58,070 bases of DNA, from assembly GCA_021808105.1 (NCBI GenBank), contig JAKBCC010000002.1:1-58070 (forward strand), in the 5' to 3' direction. The position numbers and the translations under genes are program-made. Shown here in pieces: positions 40,401 to 47,826 of this stretch. The notes under the pieces are model-generated. The model saw nothing but the letters and a program-made list of their open reading frames with translations. It made no database searches and was not told where the DNA came from. Each line of letters opens with the position of its first letter. The stretch's first letter is position 1. This DNA comes from Planctomycetota bacterium. Its GTDB lineage: Bacteria > Planctomycetota > Phycisphaerae > WQYP01.

Positions 40401-41885
40401 CACAATCGGCTTGCCGAGGGTGTTAAAGGCCACCGTGCCGCTGGCCGCAGCGGAGCCATTCGGTGCGCCGTTGGCCTGTGTCCAGTGCAGCGGCAGAATG
40501 CTGATTTTCACCGCACTGGCCAGCGGCGGCAGCGATCCGGAAAGCGTCTGGGCATGGGCGTGTGCGGGCTGCCCCAAACGAATCGCCATCGCCACCGTGG
40601 TTTGTCCACCCATAAAATGTAGACCACTGGGCAACGTGATCACATGCGGCAACGCTGCAAGCGTTTGCGCCAGTGGAGCCGACGCGGCAACATTGAATAC
40701 CGCGGGCTGATCAGAAACTTTCTGACCATGCAGCACCGCCAGCACCGTGGCAATCGAGCCATGGCCGGTGACGGCTGCCCCGCCCAGCGCGGTCTGAATG
40801 CCCAGGGCACTAATCTGATAGTTGCCGCCCCGCCAGGACGCATGAACCGGAATCTGTACCGTTCCAAGCTGCGGAGAATCGCCTTTTAACATCGCGCCAG
40901 AGAGTGCGGCATGATTCACTAGAATGTGACCATGAACCGCACCCGTCCCCACCGTAGGAATATTGGCCGCCAAGGCCAGGGTCAATTCACCACTGGGCGA
41001 GAGCTTTACCCCGGCCATGCTTAATACCGGTTCCAAGGCCACGAGATTGAGCTGCTGTACGCCTGCGGTGAACGTGCCGGTCATGTCGGCGACGGGCATG
41101 ATTTGACCATTGGCCAAGGCATTGATGGCAGCCGCCAGATGAATTTTACTGCGGGCCTGATTTCCCAGCCCGGCAGCGGTATCCAACTGCACATCGACCG
41201 GTTTATTGTCTATGGTATCCAGTACTACGACCAGCCGTGTATGCTCCGCGTGGAAAGGCTTTAAATTCGGTGCGGTAAAAGACGCCTGTGCCAGATTCAA
41301 TGTCAGTGTCGTGTTGATTTTCGGCAGCGTGGTGGCAGGACGGGCGGTTGGAGTGGTTCGCGGTGCGGCCGTCTGCGTGGCCGCCGGAGATACCGCCGTT
41401 GGGCGTGGATTGGCCAGCGCCTGCATGATATTAAGCTGATGGTTGCTGTCTTGATTAAGCGTGAGCGTCTTAATATCAATGGCGATATTTCCCAGATTAT
41501 GCCAGTTGGATAATAAGTTCAGAATGCTGCGGTGCGTGAGGATATTGACATCCCCGACTACCACATCACCATTGGGGTCCTTAAGCATGACCCGATTGAA
41601 TTTTGCCGGCGTAAACCATCCTAATGACATGCGCCCGATTTCCACGCTGCCGCTGATGCGGGAGTTAACTTGCGATTCAATGAACCGCACCCCCGGCCCC
41701 GTGCACAACATGCTGGGGATCGCCAAAATCAGTAGTAGCAGCACTACCAGCACTATTCCCACGACCAGAGGCCAGCGCCGCCGCCGGCGGACGACTGCGT
41801 TTCCCCCTGCGTTGGGGGCTTTGGTTGCTCCCCCGCCGGAGTTACTTGCTGCGCCGGAATTCATGGATGGCTTATTATCAGTCAT
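37443..41885 (-). CDS. Giant AsmA/TamB-like envelope protein (1480 aa)
   Basis: RRRRRW plus an N-terminal TM anchor; RISGSVEIGRMSLGWFTPAKFNRVMLKDPNG has the AsmA N-terminal pattern. The body is a long beta-rich repetitive region, and the C-terminus reads ITLPIPLSIDGTTSKPQL. Confidence 0.6.
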   Translation of the reverse strand: MTDNKPSMNSGAASNSGGGATKAPNAGGNAVVRRRRRWPLVVGIVLVVLLLLILAIPSMLCTGPGVRFIESQVNSRISGSVEIGRMSLGWFTPAKFNRVMLKDPNGDVVVGDVNILTHRSILNLLSNWHNLGNIAIDIKTLTLNQDSNHQLNIMQALANPRPTAVSPAATQTAAPRTTPTARPATTLPKINTTLTLNLAQASFTAPNLKPFHAEHTRLVVVLDTIDNKPVDVQLDTAAGLGNQARSKIHLAAAINALANGQIMPVADMTGTFTAGVQQLNLVALEPVLSMAGVKLSPSGELTLALAANIPTVGTGAVHGHILVNHAALSGAMLKGDSPQLGTVQIPVHASWRGGNYQISALGIQTALGGAAVTGHGSIATVLAVLHGQKVSDQPAVFNVAASAPLAQTLAALPHVITLPSGLHFMGGQTTVAMAIRLGQPAHAHAQTLSGSLPPLASAVKISILPLHWTQANGAPNGSAAASGTVAFNTLGKPIVAAVHLHIAQANAKPADFSLVADLTAIKNGKILPLNQLTGKLKLLVSHLNLTAIDQILPRTSKSIVFHGVVNGKISVNAPEAGIGKISGPLTIINCAIGGTLLKSDRPQMGTVTLPLDISWKGNRFHVASVGLQSTNLRMLLSGNATLAELKAIQNNQANWGASALHVSSYCNLGWFASSFRNTLGLGKLALRLRHGTMSLQGDLTSTGKQSTGRETLSLTDLRGTWKKTPFIINPVVLGAQFQRSSAKWNLVKGMLDQAATATGRPESTPQLNVLVTGQNHGSYALSMQAVLANLVQEAAPFVALKGRSVAGTLDVNATTADIFAQKIPYHLSVALNSVALGLGQGRPVITEPAVKIHSAGTLLSPHGAITGANSTFSIQSGEISIPRSNVDVQKISAGWAVPLAQVHIAAINLPAVMKMVAMFSPVPAHDDLGGTVTNSVITAAYKPGSVKISKLHLEMDNLSFRNTAPKASTAEFMEPKLTLDMACQALLGKATHINISSLAMNTSDGAMDLSVSKPMTLQTGASMTATVPAFSLHADLKKFAPLLEALGKLKSGAKLQGALALQGAAETAGSATPPSSSVSLTIRGGVNNYQLVIPGASANLPPDNLALAVSGLLNPVATTFTCLNDCTVSEHAVTGSGGNTIQLNKGSVIAWSYKSPENIQGEFSYDLARIQALLGPMLPAGLTMAGQHTMKLQITGQLTADQGLRQLRKLVIGRTSLGFDKIAIDGLTLGPGKIPFVQSSGILQLIPSAIPANKGTLNTGGHIDFNLASPEYILTHSLSLVNQVHMNEAMGGSLLNFLPLAWGGGNGSGGVQLSGLVNLQLQKATLPLAFAQLKKTGTLTGTVSATHISSDSPLFSMIGSSMGPLISNGGSGMVMKDSGIRPTTFDLKKGKIYYQNLQVLLVSFGMDFSGWVGLDQSLHQDVNITGAGITLPIPLSIDGTTSKPQLHLSAKPLKNIGNDLGNTLKNAPGIINNLHSLFGH

Positions 41886-42153
41886 GACTTAAATCCTGTT
41901 ATCACATAATTTCAGCACGCCACCGCCGGGTCACGGCCGCGGTAACGCGCAACATTTCATCTGGCAACCCGCAGTCATGGCAATCGCCATGCTGACCCCG
42001 CAGGAGCCGCTTCCCTATAGTATATCGCATCCCCCCGCCACTTGCCGGATGTGGCCTAATAACACTATCATTTGGAATGGCAAGATTGGCAGCAAGGTTT
42101 GGAATAACCGAATTTTTAAGTCGTTCTGCCGCATGGATTGGAAATTTACTCCC

Positions 42154-43524
42154 ATGATTGAATTTAACAATGATCTGCTTATCCCCCCCTTGAATCAGCA
42201 CACCGGCTATCGCCCCGGTTTTGATATTCACGCGGTGATTGACGGCAAGGCCCGCCTTACCGAGCAGCAGATGGATGAACTGTATCATCACGCGCCGCTG
42301 ATGGATCTGGGCCGCTGGGCCTTTGCCGCCAGTCAGCGGATGCACGGCGAAGATTACCGCACCTATGTTATTGACCGGAACATCAATTACACCAACATCT
42401 GTACCGCCCGCTGCACGTTCTGCGCTTTTAAACGTAATGACCCTGAAGCACCGGATGCCTATACGCTTTCCTACGAACAAATTTACGAAAAAATCCGCGA
42501 ACTTATCAGCATCGGCGGCACCCAGATTCTGATGCAGGGCGGCATGAACCCAGCCTTGCCGATCACCTATTATGAAGACCTGCTCCGCGGCATACGGGAA
42601 AAGTTCCCCAGCGTGCATATCCATGCGTTCAGCCCGCCGGAGTTTGTCGAATTTTCCCGCTTTTTTAATCTACCCGTCGCAGAGGTTCTCGCACGCTTTA
42701 AGGCCGCTGGCCTGGCGACAGTTCCCGGCGGCGGCGGTGAAATATTTTCCGATCGCGTGCGCAGTAGAATCGGCCCGGGCAAATGCACCGGCGATCAGTG
42801 GCTGGATGTCATGACCGAAGCCCATAAGCTTGGCATGCACACCAGCGCCACCATGCTCATCGGTCACATTGAAACCATTGAAGATCGCATTGACCACATG
42901 AGCCGTGTTCGGCAGCGGCAGGACTGGGCCTTGGCCAACGCTGCCGCGCATTACACCGCGTTTATCCATTGGACCTATCAGCCTGACAACACGCCGCTGG
43001 ATAAGAAACGTAAATGGAATCCGGATGCGGGCGTACCGTTTGAGTTCGACAACGGCCGCACCGTCAGACTGGCCGATGCCAATGAATATCTGCGGATGCT
43101 GGCGCTGGCCCGGCTGTATCTGGATAATGTAAAGAACCTGCAAAGCAGTTGGGTGACCATGGGCCCCAAGATCGGGCAATTGGCCCTGTTCTTCGGGGCC
43201 AACGATATGGGCAGCGTGATGATGGAAGAAAACGTGGTCAGCAGTGCCGGCACATCCTTCCGCCTGTCCGAAGAAATGATCTGCCGACTCATTCGCGACA
43301 GCGGCTGGATTCCCGCCCAGCGCAATCAGTTTTATGAAGTGCTCAAACGCCATGACGGCCCGCAATCACCGGATTTGCAACCACGCCAGGCCGGCGAATT
43401 TGCCAGGCGCCAGCATCAGATCACGCCCGAAGCCGCCGCACAATATAAAGCGATCGAATTAACCATCAGCGCGCCGCGCACGCGGGCGGAGGAGAAGGCG
43501 GGAGAATCAGGAGTTAGAAGTTAG
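42154..43524 (+). CDS. Radical-SAM menaquinone (futalosine pathway) enzyme, MqnC/MqnE family
   Basis: NINYTNICTARCTFCAF (CxxxCxxC), GGTQILMQGG, ATVPGGGGEIF, and HKLGMHTSATMLIGHIE. The start is uncertain (42133 or 42154; the ORF is open to 41977). Confidence 0.8.
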   Translation: MIEFNNDLLIPPLNQHTGYRPGFDIHAVIDGKARLTEQQMDELYHHAPLMDLGRWAFAASQRMHGEDYRTYVIDRNINYTNICTARCTFCAFKRNDPEAPDAYTLSYEQIYEKIRELISIGGTQILMQGGMNPALPITYYEDLLRGIREKFPSVHIHAFSPPEFVEFSRFFNLPVAEVLARFKAAGLATVPGGGGEIFSDRVRSRIGPGKCTGDQWLDVMTEAHKLGMHTSATMLIGHIETIEDRIDHMSRVRQRQDWALANAAAHYTAFIHWTYQPDNTPLDKKRKWNPDAGVPFEFDNGRTVRLADANEYLRMLALARLYLDNVKNLQSSWVTMGPKIGQLALFFGANDMGSVMMEENVVSSAGTSFRLSEEMICRLIRDSGWIPAQRNQFYEVLKRHDGPQSPDLQPRQAGEFARRQHQITPEAAAQYKAIELTISAPRTRAEEKAGESGVRS

Positions 43525-43571
43525 CATCCGGCATTGTCGTTGGCAGGCAGTTTTGGCGCGCGGCAAATTTG

Positions 43572-43682
43572 AGATTTCAAATTTCAGATCCCAGATTTCA
43601 AATTTCAGATCCCAGATTTCAAATTTCAGATCCCAGATTCCAAATTTCAGATCCCAGATTCCAAATTCCAGGTTCCAGGTTC
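43572..43682. repeat. 21-bp tandem repeat AGATTTCAAATTTCAGATCCC, 4 full copies plus a degenerate fifth
   Basis: Copies at 43572-43592, 43593-43613, 43614-43634 and 43635-43655 (the last with one T>C change), then a decayed copy running to about 43682. It lies between the convergent mqn and tolC-like genes. Confidence 0.95.
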
Positions 43683-43718
43683 TTGCTCACGACAACGCCA
43701 GACACCTCCAGCAATTGT

Positions 43719-45539
43719 TCACCGGTAAGATCTGCCCAGAAAGCGCGTGCCGCCGGATTTTTGTAAGGCGTCCGTGGGCGCTGGTTCAATGCGGACCTGA
43801 TCATAAGTCAGCAATGTCCCCTTGGCGGCTTCCAGGCTGACGATTGCCTGGGAATAATTCACCATGGCCTGCACTTCCGCAGACTGCGCGGAGGCCAGAT
43901 TCTGCTCCGCGGTTAATTTGAGATTCAAGAATGTCGGCGTCAGGCTTACACCCACCTGTTGCTGTACATCCAAAGCGGTAAGCACCTGACCGGCGGCAAT
44001 GCGAGCCTGCCGTTGGGCCTGAATTTGCTGATAACTTGAAAGCATGGTCCTTAAAGCGATTTTCACCGATAAAATCACGCTTTGCGCATCGAACAGCATT
44101 TGCGTAAGGTCCTGCCGCCGCACCAGACGCTGTTCATGGTAGCCGGCCTCGGCAGCGCGATTGCCTATGGGAATCGCCACCTGCAAACCAGCGGCATAAC
44201 TCCAGAACCGTGCCGGGCTGATCGTTTGTGTGAACGCATTGCCAAAGGCCTTGGAAAGGCCGTTGGACTGCGTGGAAAGTGTCAGGTTCGCCTGCGGAAG
44301 CAGGGTATTGGCGGCAACGCGAACATTAATATCCGCCTCATGAAGTCTCAGGCGGTCTTCCCGCATGAGGCTGCGCTGCGCAAGCGCGGTTGAAATTTCC
44401 TGGGCCACATTGAACATGACTGGTTCCGTGATGGGTTTGTCCGTCGGAATCAGCAGGATGTTACCGCGAAGATTCAACTGCGGATCATTGAGCAGAGATT
44501 TCAATTGATCTGAGGTGGTGCGCAAATTCGCCTCAGCGGTAATCAGCGCCACGCGACTTTGGGCCACCGCGTCACCGGCCTGAGCCACCTGCACGGAACT
44601 GGCGTCAAAAATTCCGCGCTTTTTAATTTGTTGCAGCGTACGGCGCGTGCTGACCAGCAACCGCTGGTCAATTCGCAAATTGGCATCCGCCTGCGCCAGA
44701 AGATAATACGTCAGTTCGACATTTTTGATGATCGCCTGCACCTGACTGCGAAATACGGCCATGGAAATCCGCTTATTGCTCCGGGCAATATAAATGCCCG
44801 ACTTTACCACATCGGATCCAAACCCCCGCAACAGCGGCTGCGAAATAGCCAACGCCAGATTATCCGCGTTCGATGGATTGATATCCGGCTGAAAGCCCGG
44901 TGTTCCGGAAACATTTAAAAAATCATTGGTGGCGGAAAATTGGGCCGTTCCGCCCCATCCCAAGGGCTTGCTGACGCCTACCTGATTCGCCCAGGCTAAT
45001 GTATTGCTGTTACCCGCCCCCGGCACCGCTCCCCCGGCCCCGAACTGCGTACCGGATGTGGTGGGAATATCGGTTCGCGTTACGCCGGTGGAACCAAAAA
45101 TCGTCGCATCAAAGGCGGCTTGGGCCTGCACCAGCAGCGTCTGGGAAATAGCCGGAGTATACGCCTGCACTTTTATCGCCAAGCTGTGTTCCAACGCCAT
45201 GGCCACCGCATCCTGCAGCGTCAGTCGATAGACCGGTTCGCCCTGATACAACGCCGAAGCTGATTTTCCCAATGTTGTCTTTGACGCCGGTGCCACAGCG
45301 GCGGTAGCACCGGCCGGCACTACCGCCCCACCATGATCCGCTGCGGGAATCATGGCTTCATGCACCCCTTGATCGACGGGTGTCACCTTTTTCTGCACGT
45401 TGTAAATTCGGCCATCACTAACGTCGTGCGCCAGTACCGATTGCGCATAGCTATCCCAGGAAGAATTGGAGTTTCGCGACTGCAACGGTGATTCACAACC
45501 GCCCAGAACGCCGGCCGCAAAAAAGGCCGCCGCCAGCAT
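43719..45539 (-). CDS. TolC-family outer-membrane channel lipoprotein
   Basis: Lipobox AAGVLGGC after the Met at 45539 (the ORF is open to 45689). There are two internally repeated alpha/beta halves with the typical LTLQDAVAMALEHSLAIK start. Confidence 0.7.
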   Translation of the reverse strand: MLAAAFFAAGVLGGCESPLQSRNSNSSWDSYAQSVLAHDVSDGRIYNVQKKVTPVDQGVHEAMIPAADHGGAVVPAGATAAVAPASKTTLGKSASALYQGEPVYRLTLQDAVAMALEHSLAIKVQAYTPAISQTLLVQAQAAFDATIFGSTGVTRTDIPTTSGTQFGAGGAVPGAGNSNTLAWANQVGVSKPLGWGGTAQFSATNDFLNVSGTPGFQPDINPSNADNLALAISQPLLRGFGSDVVKSGIYIARSNKRISMAVFRSQVQAIIKNVELTYYLLAQADANLRIDQRLLVSTRRTLQQIKKRGIFDASSVQVAQAGDAVAQSRVALITAEANLRTTSDQLKSLLNDPQLNLRGNILLIPTDKPITEPVMFNVAQEISTALAQRSLMREDRLRLHEADINVRVAANTLLPQANLTLSTQSNGLSKAFGNAFTQTISPARFWSYAAGLQVAIPIGNRAAEAGYHEQRLVRRQDLTQMLFDAQSVILSVKIALRTMLSSYQQIQAQRQARIAAGQVLTALDVQQQVGVSLTPTFLNLKLTAEQNLASAQSAEVQAMVNYSQAIVSLEAAKGTLLTYDQVRIEPAPTDALQKSGGTRFLGRSYR

Positions 45540-45724
45540 GATCGCCGTATGCCGATGATGGATGATTTTAATTGTACCGCGCCGCCTTTCCCGGCCCGTC
45601 TGTTCACCGCCATCGGTGTCGTGCCGCGCCGCCGGCAAAGGAGGGGTTCCCAACAGTGAACACAACCGTCGTCGCTTGAGAACTGACATGAAAAGCCTCG
45701 GTAATGTTCACATTGCGGATCACG

Positions 45725-46147
45725 TCAAAGTGGTTCAGGATCGATGCGGATATTTTTTTCGCCCGCCGCCTTTTTTTCCTGATATTTTTTCAGCCACGTC
45801 TGAAAGCTTTTGCCTGCCGCCGGGTCTTTACCGGTAAACTGAATGCTGGCAATATCCTCATATCGGATGGTGGCGCGATCGGTGGAATCTTTGATGATCA
45901 TCCGCAGATTCCATTTAGCGGTATCGGATGATTCCGCCTGCCGGTCAAAAATATATCCTTCCACCGCATCGCCCCGGCGATTAACAATGGTTACATCGCC
46001 GCGATAGCTGAAGGCTTTTTCCACCACGTCCCGGACCACCGGCAGGGAATCAAGCTGGGGGTTGTACCCCTCCAGATTTTCATACTCTGTGGCCGGTGCG
46101 TTATCCGTGGAAGCCGGGGCTGGAGAGATAGGTTCTTGCGTTGTCAT
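45725..46147 (-). CDS. Hypothetical 140-aa protein immediately downstream of hpnH
   Basis: An ORF 37 nt downstream of the hpnH stop on the same strand. No recognisable motif. Confidence 0.45.
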   Translation of the reverse strand: MTTQEPISPAPASTDNAPATEYENLEGYNPQLDSLPVVRDVVEKAFSYRGDVTIVNRRGDAVEGYIFDRQAESSDTAKWNLRMIIKDSTDRATIRYEDIASIQFTGKDPAAGKSFQTWLKKYQEKKAAGEKNIRIDPEPL

Positions 46148-46184
46148 ATTAAAATTTTAATCCGTTAAAAGCACGAGTCTGAAA

Positions 46185-47354
46185 TTAAACGCCGACCTCG
46201 TCATTGGCCCGCGAAGCGGATCGTTCCGTGTGATTGTCGGATGCTGCCGTCTTACCGGCGCTGACGCTTAAGGGGATGAAATTGTGACGCGTGTTTTGCA
46301 CCGGCTGCTGCAGCGCCTCAAGTGCCTCACGGTTCACATAACTGCCGCCAAAAAGTGTGGCCCGCGCGGTGGCCAGCAGGCCTCGCAGGGATCCAAACGT
46401 ATCATTGACCGCACTGGCTTCATAACCGCTGTGAACCATGCAATTGGTGCAGCGCGGATTGCCCGATTCTGCCCCGTAATGATCCCAGTTGGTGGTTTCC
46501 AGCAATTCGCCAAATGTGTCCGCGTAGCCGTCCTGCAGCAGGTAACACGGTTTCTGCCAACCGAAGACGTTGTAGGTGGGCATTCCCCACGGCGTGCAGG
46601 CATACGACCGCTTTCCCATGAGAAATTCCAAAAACAGCGGGCTTTGATTAAACCGCCATTTTTTGTCCCGATTACTGAGAATCGTGCTGAAAAGCGTCCG
46701 GGTTTTGGCCCGTCCCAGAAAGTGCTGCTGATCCGGAGCTTTGTCATAGCTGTAACCGGGTGAAAGCATCATGCCTTCCACCCCCAGTTGCATCATTTCA
46801 TTAAAAAACCCGCGAACGCTGGCCGGGTCGGCACCGTCAAACAAGGTGGTATTGGTTGTGACCCGGAAGCCGCGCTTCACCGCTTCCTTAATGCCTTCCA
46901 CAGCAATATCATATCCGCCTTCCCGGCAGACGGAAAAATCATGGTGTTCCTTCTGGCCGTCCAAGTGGACACTGAAGGTCAGGTATTTCGAGGGCTTGAA
47001 AAGATCAATTTTCTGCTTAAGCAGCAAGGCATTCGTGCACAGATAAATGTATTTTTTACGGGCGATTAACCCCTCAACAATTTCTTTAATCTGTGGGTGC
47101 AGCAGCGGCTCGCCGCCGGGAATACTGACCATGGGGGCACCGCATTGCTCAACCGCGTCAAAGCATTGCTCGGGCGTGAGTTGCGACTTAAGAATATGCG
47201 CCGGATACTGAATTTTTCCACACCCCGCGCAGGCCAGATTGCACCGGAACAGCGGCTCGAGCATCAAGACCAGAGGATAGCGTTTCCGACCTTTGAGCCG
47301 CTGGGACATGACATAAGTTGCAACAGTCCACATCTGAGAAATTGGGACGCCCAT
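46185..47354 (-). CDS. hpnH: Adenosyl-hopene transferase (radical SAM)
   Basis: RYPLVLMLEPLFRCNLACAGCGKIQYP, CGAPMVSIPGGEPLLH, and YIYLCTNALLL closely follow the HpnH pattern. The start is MGVPISQ; the ORF is open to 47411. Confidence 0.87.
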   Translation of the reverse strand: MGVPISQMWTVATYVMSQRLKGRKRYPLVLMLEPLFRCNLACAGCGKIQYPAHILKSQLTPEQCFDAVEQCGAPMVSIPGGEPLLHPQIKEIVEGLIARKKYIYLCTNALLLKQKIDLFKPSKYLTFSVHLDGQKEHHDFSVCREGGYDIAVEGIKEAVKRGFRVTTNTTLFDGADPASVRGFFNEMMQLGVEGMMLSPGYSYDKAPDQQHFLGRAKTRTLFSTILSNRDKKWRFNQSPLFLEFLMGKRSYACTPWGMPTYNVFGWQKPCYLLQDGYADTFGELLETTNWDHYGAESGNPRCTNCMVHSGYEASAVNDTFGSLRGLLATARATLFGGSYVNREALEALQQPVQNTRHNFIPLSVSAGKTAASDNHTERSASRANDEVGV

Positions 47355-47730
47355 GAGTTCCTTTCCGGCCCGCATTTCTATCGGCCAAAAGCATAAAATT
47401 CCCGCCTGCACGCTAATTCACCGCCCGCGCGCGGCTCTTCCGGCAGTCATTATTCGGAGGCAAGCACGTCAAACCGCAACAGCCTTCCAAGGAGCCTGTC
47501 CGAGTGCAAAATCATACCCGCCCGCGCCAGCCCCGCCAAGCGCTACGCCAGTCCTTGGCAGCACACGTTTTTCACTTATGCGGATTGCATCTAATCTTGT
47601 TGGCATAAGAACGCGCGGCGATTCCAAGGCAACGCCAGCAAATCCTGGAATTTGGAACCCGCGGCGCGCAACCCAAGTCGCCCCTTTTGACACACTTTTG
47701 TCAGTGGCCGAGAAAGCTGCCAGAATTTAA

Positions 47731-47759
47731 TTGACACACCTCGGAACCCCGCCCATACT
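47731..47759 (+). promoter_or_regulatory. Candidate sigma70-type promoter for the cas operon
   Basis: TTGACA (47731-47736), a 17-nt spacer, then CATACT (47754-47759). An inverted repeat TGACAcacttttTGTCA lies just upstream (about 47686-47705). Confidence 0.3.
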
Positions 47760-47826
47760 CACACGGCATTTATATGGGATGACCATTCGCCAGAGAAGGG
47801 GCGACCAAATTTGTAACGGTTGGGCG

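Noticed and set aside
43553-43840. ORFs encoding FRSQISNFRSQISN-type peptide repeats
   Set aside because: They are a translation artefact of the 21-bp tandem DNA repeat. They lie in a convergent intergenic gap and overlap the tolC-like 3' end.
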